64,000 nucleotides of DNA from Antedon mediterranea (Eukaryota > Animalia > Echinodermata). A program made the position numbers and the translations under genes. This document shows positions 1 to 13,200 of the stretch, piece after piece. Position 1 is the stretch's first letter. Every line of letters starts with the position of its first letter. A model generated the notes under the pieces. That model was not told the origin of the DNA. It searched no databases and was given only the letters and a program-made list of their open reading frames with translations. The stretch is taken from assembly GCF_964355755.1 (NCBI RefSeq), contig NC_092673.1, positions 30,501,648-30,565,647 on the forward strand, in the 5' to 3' direction.

Positions 1-282
1 TAAGAAAAGTGCATAGTTTTGGTAAACTTAGGTTTACATCAATTATATAAGAATAATAATAATGCTCAATTTAATATAGAGCAACATTCAGGGTGCCTTT
101 AAGCGCTGAACAATCAACATATTTATATAACAACATATTAATGATGAAAGTGTAATTTAAAAAGTTGTTTGAATGAGTGGCCATAAATTATTCATTATTC
201 ATGGTATTATTCTGTGACAGGTGTATCACACTGTGTAGACGATCTTCAAATTAGGCCTACAGGCCGTTGACGGTTAACTTAC

Positions 283-3112
283 GTTTGGGCCGTATGACAC
301 AACAACAGACCAAATTCCAAATGTCGGGTACGAAGAGAACTGGTATATTGCAGTATGATAGCCAGTAATTGTAGTAATATCTTCAGTCCTCTCAATAATG
401 GCGCCGGTTGGTGTGATAATATCTAATCGAACCTTTCTGTCGGTAGGTTTGAGTTGCTCATTCAAAGAAATCACTTGGATTCTAGCTACAATGAATAAAA
501 ATGATATTCTTATTATTATTTCGTATAACTTGTGAAGATAAGGGATATAAGAATCAGGCTAGTTTGGAGAAACATTGGAATTGGAAAAAATAATTTTTAT
601 TTTTAAATAATTGTACTTGTGCAACATAGCAGTGTGAGGGAAAGAAGGGTTGGGGCATGGATATTGACCCGGAAACAGTATAGGGCTATAAGATGACCTT
701 TAAGCGTTATGTTTATACAGGTAAAAGGATCCAGAATATTCTTCATTCAGGCAGATTCAGATACAATCATATTGTATGATATTTGTAATTTGTTTAATAT
801 GTGTTATAGTGAGAGTCAATAAAGAATTACCATATTGGTTTGCAAGTACCCGTATGTTATAAGATTACCATATTACGAACCTACTTGAGCAGGAGTATAA
901 ATGGGTTTGTCGGTTTGGACAAACACAACCTGATTTTTTGTTGTCACCAAAGCAGTAACAGTTTTACTAAATTGAAGCACAGGAGAGGTAGAAAATGCAA
1001 GAACTCGTATTGTTGGAAATACTTCATAGTCTGGTAGTTGGGCTGGATCCACAATAAAATTAACAAGTTTAGGTAAACCTAGGAAAAAAGAAGTTTGTAC
1101 ACTTAGATGTTAAAACATGCTTTACACATAACGTAAGCTGTCACTAGCCAACCGGATCTAACATGTTGTCACTTTTATTCAACTATATTTATTATATCTG
1201 AACCAGGATTACCCACATGTTCGATTAACTATATCTGATACATAAGTGATACATATAAGACCAAGATAAAATTGTTAATGATAATGATAGTATTATTAAT
1301 GATAACAGCTACCAAATATAAATTATGGAAAATTTCTTTCGGAAAACATACTTGATATTTAGTTAGCTTTTTTATTTGAAAAAAAAATAGAAAAAGGTTA
1401 CTTGATGAGGGATAGGCTTCAAATAAGTGAGAATGGTCTACATTTTTCAACGCAAGTACTTTTAATACGCGAGTACTATGGGAACTTTCCCTCCTCTTTT
1501 TCTAAATAGGTTTTTACTTAAATCTTTTTAAATCTTTAAAGATGTATTGTCCCTTGAAACACAAAAAATAAAGGTCAACATATTATATATTTATATTGGA
1601 TATATCAAAGTAATATTAAAGTTATTCACTTTAAGTTGAAAATTCAAGCCAAAAACAACAAGTTTACCTAATTAACAGGTAAATTAATTTGATTACATTT
1701 CCTCTGGAAAATCGCCGCGAGCGAAAGTAAACAAAGATTTCAAAACATGAGAAGGTGTTTTCACACAGATCGCGAGGAAGTTTTATGAGTAGCCAAACAA
1801 GCCCGTACGTTGCGTTATGAGAGATGTTTTGATCGAAAACGTTTGTATTTCAGTATTTTTCGACTAATTTTTGGTGAAAGTTAATAACTATTATGATACT
1901 TCAAAATGACCCACTTTTTATCGAAATTTTAAATTTTTTTGGGGGGAATTAGTCAAAGAGACAATACATCTTTAAACTTGCTTTAACAAAATGATACAAT
2001 ATGATACAAATGCAAGCGCAACATTTACATACCCGCTTTAACATGAATTCTTTGTACAGAAATTACAATACTTTCACTGGTAAGCAGTTTGACTGTTACA
2101 TCTATAATAGCATTGCCTGTACCAAATACGGCCATCAGTACGTCTTCCTCAACATTAGCACGAAATACATTAGGCGCAGTGATAAAATAATGTCTACAAA
2201 AACAAACATTAAAATTAACTACAGCTGCCAGTAATATAAAATTGCAGTTAATTTATAAGGTACAGTTGTAATTACTATTCCTTAACAATACAGTAACATC
2301 TAAATATCTACATGAACATTCTAGAATAAGATGTTTTGATTTAAGAAACCATGTATAATTAATATAAGAACAATCATGAACATTCCAGAAGTGCTATTAA
2401 TATAAACTGTAATTCAATAGAATAAGAAGTATAAGGAATGATTTAGAAAGTTATGAACATATTGTATATAAGGGGAAGTATGACAATTGTACGAAGCGAG
2501 AAGGATTTATGATTGCAGCAAAATATTTTGAAGAAGGTTGGATATTAGTAGGGAGTTGTAAAATAACAACAACTCCCTGATATTAGATTGTAAAATTTAT
2601 TGTGAAGCTGTTGTTTGAAGTGCTTACTGGATTGTTGAAAGTTGATTGAAATTAAAGCTTTGTTTTTGAGTTATTTTACAACTTTGTGGGTTTTGTGTGT
2701 ATACTTTTATGTCACAAGGAAGTTCCTACAGTATTTTCAACCGCTCGGAAACATACGTAAAGGGAGTTCGTGACAACAGTATTATTGGCGTAACTCGTAC
2801 ATCTCAGCTAAAACGTTGGATCACCAACCGTGAATTCGACTAGGGGAAATAATGTTTGGTGTCACACCAACGTACATAGAAATAAATTTGAATTTTATGC
2901 GCATAGGACTAAAAAACAACCATTTAAATTCGCACCTGCTACCAGGCTTTATAAAACTTATCTGCGATTTCAGACAAAAATATCGACGATTAAGATTAAA
3001 AATGTATCTCTTTCCAATCCTCTTTACGGAGAATAAGTAAGCTTTACACTTACCCGGCGCTCACAACGTGAAATGCCGCAAGAAAACCAAGTAAAACTAC
3101 CTGTTTAAACAT
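283..3112 (-). CDS. C3: Complement C3-like paralog B, 5' part only (exons 3054-3112, 2033-2193, 885-1078, 283-485); the gene continues beyond the left edge
   Basis: Spliced frame MFKQVVLLGFLAAFHVVSAG (signal peptide) / HYFITAPNVFRANVEEDV / VFVQTDKPIYTP / SSYPTFGIW. GT-AG sites and intron phases match exons 1-4 of C3-A. Identity as C3 rather than another TEP rests on similarity to C3-A, because the thioester region is outside the window. Confidence 0.88.
1540..1971. mobile_element. Kolobok-like non-autonomous DNA transposon (copy 1)
   Basis: TIR AGATGTATTGTCCC, TTAA on both flanks, AG..CT termini. Related copies at 28508-29053 and 49042-49473. Confidence 0.75.
2549..2579. mobile_element. 31-bp palindromic transposon remnant (P-like footprint)
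   Basis: (T)AGGGAGTTG...CAACTCCCTG flanked by 7-bp direct repeat ATATTAG. Confidence 0.7.
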
Positions 3113-4325
3113 CACAGTAACTCTTACTATCAATAATATCAACGAGTATAAGTAACAGGACTTTTCTTGCTCCCTGCTGTGAATGCCCAGGAATGTTTTT
3201 TGTTATGTATTTATTAAAAGTAAAAGTAAGGAGTGTCTTTACGGAACTATTTGGCCCATTTAAAATTTAAAAATCGGATGTTCCATCGAAGGTGTGTTTG
3301 TATTAATTTGATGTTATCACATCTTAATGATTGCCACGTTCGAAAAGAAAGTTGTATGCACATTTTGGTTCAGAAATATTGTAAAAAAATGAATATTATT
3401 GTAATCAGCATAAAAAAGTACACTATTCTTTTATTTTGTGATATATAAAAAAAGAGAATCTATATTATGTTCGATCAAAAAATAATGCTGGACACGCGAC
3501 GATAGAATTATTGCATATTTGCAAATTGAATTAGGTCAACTACTAAAGGTATACTATTTTTAAATAATAATTGTAAAACTCATAAAAATATACAGATAAC
3601 CCCATATTATTTTCTACTAAAGTTAAATATTTTTTTTTGTAATTTGTAGCACACATCACAAAACAAACGAAAACTGTTCCAATTAACAGAGTGCTACCTT
3701 ATCATCTTGCTTATAATGTTTGGTGCTCCATTCTGCCATATCTGGCTTATATTATCAGAGTAGGCCTAGTTTCCCATCCTTTACCGCCTATCATGCAGTT
3801 GCGTAAAACGCGGAAAAAATGACCCTGGTTTAGCACTCTAACGCTGGGGATAGTTGCATTGGGCTGCTCATGCTCTGAGGCCTCTTAAACTCTGGGGCAT
3901 CTGGTGTAAGCCAGTGAACATTTTTTAAAAACAGTAAGATATAATTATGTGCATCTTATTGCCCCACCTCTATTATTTTTATTACTTACACATATAGTAC
4001 TGCGCATGAGCAGAAGCAACAGACAATTTTAGTGTAGGCCCATATTGCGCGTTTAATTGGATACTGGATAAAACATAAAACAACTGAATTTTCAACCACG
4101 ATTGAACGCACGTCGATGATTCTCAGAACTCATGGTGTAGTTGAAACTTTCTTGTTATACACGACTATAATAATAATAATAATAATAACAGGATTTTTAT
4201 AGCGCACATACCACTTAAGAGTGCTCAAACAAGGCGCATTCAAAAAATAAAAAAAAATTATACAAATGCCTGACAAATAAAATGCAATTTCTTTGGAGGG
4301 TCCCCATCCGTTCTCGTTCTGTCGC

Positions 4326-5272
4326 GGTCCCGGACGCGATTTTTTTTTTCGTACATAAGTTGGGGACCCCTCATGAAACGTCACAAAATAAACATGAATA
4401 ATTCATCAGTTAAATTTGTTGTTTCGTGTGCACCCAAGCGTATAGCAACAAGAAGTGATTACACAACTGCGATACGATACTTTCTACAGTAGGCCTAGGA
4501 TTCTAAGTCAATTCACGTGATTGCCTTCGCGCACTCTTCTTCACACAAAATGTGTCGAGTCGAGGCTAATCGACAGCTAGGCAAGACATTAAACTAAGTA
4601 GTAATTCATTGGACATTGCCCAAAGAAAGCTTAGACCCACAAGAATAAAGAATGTGTATAATTTGTGTACTGTATTTTTTTAATTCTGCTATTTTATTAT
4701 CAAACAATATGCATGTACTCAAAGGAACTTTAAAAATGCGCGTACACATGAGATGGGAAGATTTGACCCACGAGAATAAAAAATGTATTTTTGTGTAATG
4801 TTTATTGTTTAATTTTGCTGACTTATTACTCTGATTGTGTCATACCAAAGATAGTGTAACTATCTTTGGTCATACCTAACACACACACGTCACACACACC
4901 CACACAGCTACTACTAGAATAGACATGGGTTTAGAGACTAATAATTAGGCCTAATAGTATTAATAGAAACTATAATTTTAACACGTAATTCTTTAGTAAT
5001 AAATTATATTAAAAGCACCATAAACTAAAGGCTAATTATTTCAACAATCCACACAAAACGCCGCTATTCTTCTATGAAATCGCACGCCGCAACAACAGCG
5101 GAGATAGGAGGCCTAGAATCGTACCGCACTTGTGTAATCACTTCTTGTTGCTATACGCTTGGGTGCACACGGAACAAGAAAATTTAACTGATGAATTATT
5201 CATGTTTATTTTGTGACGTTTCATGAGGGGGTCCCCAACTTATGTACGAAAAAAAAAATCGCGTCCCGGACC
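4326..5272. mobile_element. Foldback/MITE with ~165-bp terminal inverted repeats
   Basis: 4326-4497 is the reverse complement of ~5109-5272. Partial family copies at ~32375-32710 and ~40830-41030. No clear TSD. Confidence 0.8.
4846..4868. mobile_element. 23-bp palindromic transposon remnant (P-like footprint)
   Basis: CAAAGATAG-TGTAA-CTATCTTTG flanked by 7-bp direct repeat GTCATAC. Confidence 0.75.
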
Positions 5273-7225
5273 CCTACCTAGGTGACCAAACAAAGGAGCA
5301 GGATAGACATTTGCCTTGCCACAGACGTCCGGGTGCTCAGAGACAACAACCAAGACAGAGGCACCCCAAAGATAATGCTGGTCAGGAAAAAATATACTAT
5401 ACAATTCTAGAACTTTAAGAAACCTCATGATTTCCATATGCCTTAATGAATAAATGTGTTTTGCAAAATCTGATAGAGCTCGGCAGAGCATTCCATAGAC
5501 GAGGAGCTGAAAGCTCTGTCTCCCCCATGAGTGGTGAGACTTAGGTTGATGTAGAAGCAGCGTATCACTAGAACGCAGATTCCGTCTGGGAACATACAGC
5601 CTAAGCATGTCAGAAATATATTCAGGAGCCATGCCATTAATAGACTTAAAAACAAAGAGTAACATTTTAAAAACAATGCGGTACCTTACAGGAAGCCAAT
5701 GCAAAGTTTCCAAGGTATTTGATATGTGTGCATATCTTGGTAGTTTTTTTAACAACTCGTGCCGCTGTATTTTGAATCAGCTGAAGCCTGTGGAGTTGTG
5801 TTTGTGGTAGCCCATATAGCAATGAGTTTCCCATATCCAGTCGTGAAGTGACAAAAGCATGAACAAGTTGTTTAGCTGCTGCCTCATTAATAAATATTCG
5901 AATCCTTCGGATGTTTCGTAAGTGAAAAGACGACGTAGAACTAGTTTTTGAGATATGAGAAATCATAGTCATACCCGCATCCATTTCAACCCCTAGATTT
6001 CTAACCTGCCTAGCCGGGTCTATTTGGGTTTCACCAATGTAAATAAAACTTGTAATAAGTAAGTAATAAGCCTACTCGTTAGCAGTGTCAACCGACATTT
6101 TCAATAGAAAGCAAGACATGGGGATTAGATTTTAGATTAAAAACAATTAATGATGCAGGCCTACGATTACGATATATGGTACCAGTTACAACCTGTAGGC
6201 GGATTTGAACTGGGCCGGCGGGGGATTTCAGTAGCCTTTTATTTTCACCATATTTCAAAATACGGGATCTTCCATTAATGTTGTATTTATCGTTCAACGA
6301 AAGCAAGCTGGTCAAGACTAGTTCATATTTCTACTGAAGGCAGTGATGCAAAACAATGGTTTTTCATAATGCACATGTGTGATTTCCATATTAAAATGAG
6401 CTTCATTATGACGACCGTGAGTTATTATCACAAAGTTCTCGGTAAAACGTGTAAGTGTAATTTTAACTTATATTTAAGGTTATATGTACGTTATTTATAT
6501 TCGTTTTCCATAAACGAGAAAATGGCAACTTTATCGTCCTCAAAAAGTTAAGACGACGGAATTTCAGGCTAAGCTCCGCCCAATTTGTTAAAGATTATTC
6601 ATGAGCACCGTCCTGTGGCTTCCCGTCCCGTCCCTATTACAAAAACACATAATAACATGCAGATGAAGTCAATTTTTCAGTGTATAGGCAAATTTAATTC
6701 CACATTCAATAAAATGGATTTATATATTCAAACAATTCAATAACATGTAGATGTATAAAGTTTAGTTCCAATTATAATTTATTTTAGTTGAGTATAGAAA
6801 AATTGTAAATTGTAATTGTATAACTTATAATACTGCATACAATTTGTAACCATATACATTATAATAATTCACTTTATTTTCCGGTAGTACTTGCAAGACA
6901 ACTTACATAAAATTATTTGATTTGATTTATTTATTATACCATACAAATACAGATGAAACAAAAAACGAAATCATTTTTGTATTACCACCTTAAAAACGTC
7001 AAATTTGAGAGATGTTAATGTCTTTTAAAAGAAAGATGCCTATTAAGAGTATAAGATTGAATTTGATTTATACCAAACCTCCTTTATCTATAAATAACAT
7101 GGAAGATGTCTCTCTTCTCTGATAACTAATGACATACAATGTTGAATGTTTAAGAGTATTACTTTTATTTAATAAAAAAAGACGCAAAAACTTGTGTTTT
7201 TTTGCTTGTTTTTCTGGTGAAGTTC

Positions 7226-10200
7226 TTAAGCAGCACATCCTTCGTTCTTCAGAGTATTTTTAAACTTGTTAAATTCTTTAGCACGTGCTTTGTTGTCTGC
7301 TTTCTTGGGCCATTTCTCAAGATAGGAAGTGGTATCAAGCAAATACTTGTATCTGGAAAAAGTAAAATACGTTAAATTTTAACGAATAACTTACATAGGA
7401 ACTGTACCAAAACTGTTTTTTTTTTCTTTTTTTGCCGATTTCAGCGATCTAACACAATTTATTTCAGAATTTTAATTTAACTTACTTGGTAAAGTTGCCA
7501 TCTTTGTAGGGAATACCATCTTTACCCATTATCAGATACTTGTGACCAAGTTCAAAAACGTCACAGCCTGCGCACGAACTCTTTATAATGAAATTACGAG
7601 GGGATCCTTCGTCATCGCCTACCTCCTCAAATTGATCTCTTCCTGCAATAAATCGATATAATCGATATAATAATGAAATGTAGTAAGTAGAACTGGTATT
7701 ATATAAATCAAAATTTAGATATAATTAATTAATAATTAATTTTAATTAATATAATTAAGCTGAGTCTTTGATTACAAAGAGGTAGATTACGTAGCCGACT
7801 CAAGTTTCTATACAAAAATAGTGTTCGTATCGCAAATTCTGTACACAGTAAACGTACATATACATCACATGTGGTCATACCTGTATTGTACAAGCCTAAC
7901 CGAAGAATCACTAACTTAAACATTTTTAAAAATATAATAACCCGTAGGAAAGGTTGCCTATAACCTATAAACCTGACAAACTGTGTATGTATAATATCTA
8001 CTAATCTATCTAATGTTAGGATATTATCTATGTAAATACCTTTCTTCATTCGTGTGCTAACCGTCGCTGTAAGAGTGATAAATCCATTGCTAACTTCAAC
8101 AGCCTGAGCAACAGCCTCGAACACTGGTGATAAATAAAATAAATGTAATTTAGCAAGAAGAACAAGTGGTGTTTAAATTGGACTTTGTGACAAAGCTTAT
8201 ATATAATTGTTATAATTGCTATATATGACTTTATTCATCTTTTAATTACGTTTCAAAACGATTTTTAAAGTAAAGAGTGTGGAGAAAAGTATAAGGTGCC
8301 GAAAATGCTTGTTTTTCAGTGCTTCTATTTGAAAGCGAAATAGCTGTTTAAGAGCCATCGTTGATAGTGTCTGTGCTGAAAAAAGAAGTAGGCCTATCAC
8401 GGACGTACTGTAAGTGTACATGATGCTGTTAACTGTTCTTAATTTAATTTACCTGACTTGACCTTTAATCCCTCCCCTTAATTATCTCTCAAATCGAAAT
8501 AACCAGTTTTACCATAATCGATTCCGCTCTGTGGGCCACAAGCTAGCTCGTGATACAGCTCGTTATACGTTTTCAGGTCTTCTCCAGCTCTTCCACAAAT
8601 TGGACAAGGACCTATAATTATAATGAGATAAGGACATATTGATAATAATCATAACAATTACAATAATATTATATCGCTAAATTTTATAGAAAATAATATA
8701 ATTAAAAAAATACAACTCGTGTTTGAAATAATTATTATGTCGAGATTATAGCTTTGCAACATATACATTTAGAAAGCATTGTGTGTAAGCGTTAGTCCGA
8801 TTGATTTACTCTCCTTATTCAGACTTGAGTTGGTTTTTCATATCTGCAACTGATGTTGAAATCAATGCCACGTCATCCGCAAAACGGAGGTTTGTAAGCA
8901 TTTCTCCATCAATAGTTATACCTCTATTAAGCTGAGCCTTTTTGAATACTTCTTCGATGGTTGCTGTGAATATCTTTGGGGACAGAGTATCACCTTGTCG
9001 TACCCCCCTCTGTATATGAACCTCTCTTGATATATCATTATCAATATGGATTCTGGCTATTGCATCAGTGTAGATATCTTCTATGATTCTGACGTAACCT
9101 TCATCAACATTTATTTTTCGGAGCGCCTCAAACATATCCAAATGATCAATAGAATCGAATGCCTTTTGGTAATCCACAAAGCCAAGACAGAGTTTGAGTT
9201 GGTATTCACTTGCCTTTTCAATTAGCTGGTTTATTGCTTGTAGATGATCTATTGTCGAGTACCCTGCTCTGAAACCTGCTTGTTCTGTAGGTTGGTTGTT
9301 GTCTAAAACATCTCTTATTCTGTTATGGATTATTTTAGTGAAGATTTTGTACAGATGAGACAAGAGGCTAATGGGACGGTAGTTTTGAACATCTGCTTTG
9401 TCCCCTTTCTTGAACAAAAGAATGATCTTGGCTTCTTTCCATGCTCTTGGTATCTTCTGTATCACTAAGATTTGGTTGAAAAGTTTTATTAGCTGTTGGA
9501 TTATCTCCTCCCCTCCTTGCTTGATGATGTCGCTTGTAAGTTCATCGTTTCCTGGTGCTTTATCATCCTTCATGCTCTTTAATGCTTCCTCCACTTCTTT
9601 TTCCAGTATCGGTGGTATATCTGTATTTCTTGATGAAATGTTTATATGTTCAGACTGTTGGGTTGATGATTTGTAGAGATCTTGGTAGAAATCTGCACAA
9701 ATATCTAGCAGTTCAGATCTCTTTGAGGTTTCAGTTCCATCTTTTTTCTTTAGTTTACTCATTCTAGATTTTTTGCATTGCTTTTTTTGTATTGTCTTTG
9801 GCCCCCTTCCTCTTTCCAGTGATTCTAAGATGAATTTAGCAGTTCTCCGCCTCTTTCTTTGTCTGCGCTTCTTCTTCACTGTTTTCACTACTTCAGCATA
9901 TTCCACCTTTTCATGTACAGACATTGTTTCTTTTAATCTAAGTTCTTTCCTTCTTTGATCTAACTCCTCTATTTCTTTATCCTCCTCCGATCTTTGGACC
10001 TTTATTTTTTCTGCTGGAGCTACAGCTCTGGCTTCTTCTAACATAATGGTTGTCACCATATTACATTGCTCATCAATATCCGACTCTTCCAACTCCAACC
10101 CTGCGAAGCGGTTTTTTATTTTTAGTTGAAATTCCTCTCTATTCTCTTTCAACTTCATGATGTTAATTCTTCTCTTCTTTTTATTTTGGATAAACTTCAG

Positions 10201-13200
10201 CCTGGCTAGTCTTTTGTTGATTTTGAGAGTTGTCCTGACCATTCTATGGTCACTTGCAATATCTACACTGGTTATTACTTCACAATTCTGAATTATTCCC
10301 CGCTGGTTGCTTAGTATGTAGTCAATCTGGGTTTTGTGGTTTCTGTTGGGACTCTCCTAAGTCCAGTACCTAGTTTTGTGTTTTTTGAAATACGTATTTG
10401 CCACATTTACGTTGTGTTCCATTGCAAATTCTACCATTCTAACTCCTCTCTTGTTCCTTTCTCCTAATCCAAATGTTCCCATTATGTTTTCTTCCCCCTC
10501 TTCTCTTTGTCCAATTTTAGCGTTGAAGTCCCCCATTAGTATTGTATATGTACTTGGAAAATCTGTCATGATCTTGTTGATGTCTTCATACAATTCCTCT
10601 ACCACTGCATCATCATAATCACTTGTGGGAGCATAAACTTGTATGATGCACATTTCAGTTTTTCCTGTTAGTTGTACCATCATGTATGCTACCCTATTAG
10701 AGACACTTTTTACTTCTTTGACATAGTCCTTAAATTTCGTATGAATCAGGAATCCAATTCCTTTTGCATTTTTGTCCTGTTCTGTTTTGCCCCTGTTGTA
10801 AAGCCATACACCTCCCTCAAGTTCAGTTAATCCTTCACCATGTATCTTGGTTTCTGCTAGCCCAATAACATCCCATTTGAATCCATCTAGTTCCTCTAAT
10901 AGGCTTTCGATATTTTCCTTGTTTCTCAAAGTTCTGACATTATAAGTGCATATATTGATTTCAGTTTTCCCGTTGTGACCAGATTTATTACATTCATCCA
11001 TTTTACAGCTTCCCGAAGGCTTTGACTGCAAAACATCATACGAAGAAGAAGCTCCTTCAATGCTTTTACTGGTCGAATTGCAACTAATGTTGCGCCCGTT
11101 ATGGCCATGGGCTCTACGGCCTCCTATATAAACTTTCTCCATTTTGTTATGTGGGTTTTTTGCCATATACTGACGCGCTGGCAGAGCGTGTTGTCAGTAG
11201 GAGTAGCGACTACTAATCAAGATAGGGTGGAATAGTAGTAGTCCTTCCACCGGTGCTCGACGCTGGCTGTACCGTCTACGGCATTACGGTAGCAATTTGA
11301 AGATCTTAGTCAAAATTGGCCAGACTACATCATGTCAAATTAGCGCCCCCTGGGGTTTGTCAATGACCCTTGTATACCATTTCAGTTTATTGATAATAAT
11401 ATTAAAGAAAATAGAATAGTTACCTGCGGCGCAGACACAAACATCGCCCTCACAAGCTTGTCTCAATTCAGTTTGATCGTCATGTGGGTTGTAAAATGCA
11501 GTACATCTTTTCTCTGGAAAAATAATAATATTTATTTCCTATAGCATATATTTAATTTTTATGAGATATGAAATGAACATTAGTTATCGAAATCATCTTA
11601 CCTGGAAAGTAGTAATCGAAAACTGTGACACTAGCTGCCTGGACATTCGCCATTTGAAACGTCTGCTCAACATTAAATGGTAATGTTGTTAGTTCTGACG
11701 TCAACTGAAATTTTAAAAAGGACAACAATCAATACTTAATTACCAAGTTCTAAAGTTCATGCATGAATTTGTTTAAATGTACCTAAATAAAAAATGTGTA
11801 AATTACAGAAATCACGTCGAAAAATATAAATTTCTTTTTACGTTAAAGTACAGCATTTTTTCAGAGTATAGAGGCAGTTCAAGATAACATTCACCATATC
11901 TGGTGACTCCTCAGTAAACAAACAAAAATTAAAGTTTATCAAAAAACGATATGTAACAAATTATACATTATGATGTCCTGAAATTGAAATGAAAATAACT
12001 TAATCTGAAGCTCTGTCTACACTCTATCAAACTTTATATACCAACAGCTGTGATGTGCCCATTATATGGACATGATTATGTCATATCGATTCCTCATTTT
12101 GGCACTTTTTTGACCAACTAGTGTAGATTAAAAAAGACACAAACACACACACAAAAAAAACTTACAGTTTCTAGATACAACGTAACCTTCCTGTCAGAAG
12201 TTTCATAGCGTTCGACGGGATACTCGACAGATGCAACAAGCTAAATAACAAATGAAAAATCATTATAGTTGTAGTACTCCAAGTAACCACTATGACTAGT
12301 AGGCCTACTCAATTGTTAACAAACTATATAATAGTTGATTGCAAATAGCTTAATTTCGTGAGTAACGTCTTGATGGGAAGGGTTTGGGAGCAATAGCGCC
12401 ACCGTATAATAACAACTTTACTGGTGGTGGCGATATTGCTCCCAATTCCTTCCCATCATGCATCGCTCACGCTATTCGCCATATTTAGTCAAAATCGTTC
12501 TAATTGTTTTTGTTTTTAAAGTTTATTTTAGTTTAGCAGCTTAGGTGTGCTGGATTTATTTACTATTTCTATGAAATTGTGACTCGAAAATGTTAGGGTG
12601 GAATGGGCTAATATTTATTTTATTTATTACTACAAAGTGCCCATACTAAGCTTTAACAGGCACAGGTATGACAAGAAATTGGTCATGTAAGTCGTGTCGT
12701 GTAAAATAATTCAATTCAGTATAATATATTCACACTTTGACAACAAGAATACTACAAAATGAGTGTCAATATGTATTAAAACAGATGAAACATGATGACA
12801 ATTCTTACATTATCTAATGTGCTTTGCACTGGAGTAAAGCCAGTAAACAAACCAACTTCAACAATCGCCATATCTGTTTCTCCATTTACTTCTAATTGAT
12901 ACCTAAAATAACAAATATTAGTGAAGTAAAACAATAAGATTAATATAAAACAGAATGAAGGAATAGTAAGTTTTGAGTAAAACAAATAATTCTTAAATAT
13001 TTTGTATAGCTACCATAATTTTAAATTGTTAAAAATAACACACTTACTTAACGGTAATATCCATTCTATATATTTTTTTCTCAGCTTCTGCTTCAGCGTC
13101 TAATTCTATCATTTGGGCAAAAATAAAAAAGGCACATTCTTCTCCTGGTGTATCAGCTGGAGTGTTGTAAATAACCTCAACCTAAAAAAAACAAACGAAA

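Larger units (their letters stand above)
4166..6045 (-). mobile_element. L2/CR1-group LINE 3' fragment, frameshifted, interrupted by a foldback element
   Basis: ORFs 5667-5984 and 5240-5755 carry typical L2 ORF2 C-terminal motifs (LVHAFVTSRLD, LQLIQNTAAR, LHWLPVRYRI, YVPRRNLRSS). The 3' tail GCGCTATAAAAATCC..(TTA)n is at ~4166-4205. Confidence 0.85.

Noticed and set aside
10357-10359. Possible programmed readthrough between the RTE endonuclease and RT ORFs
   Set aside because: The TAG sits at a conserved Trp (TGG) position and RTEs have a single ORF, so a point mutation is the simpler explanation.
9398-10618. Plus-strand ORFs over the RTE, and other short ORFs antisense to exons
   Set aside because: Shadow frames of real coding sequence or repeats, with no independent support.
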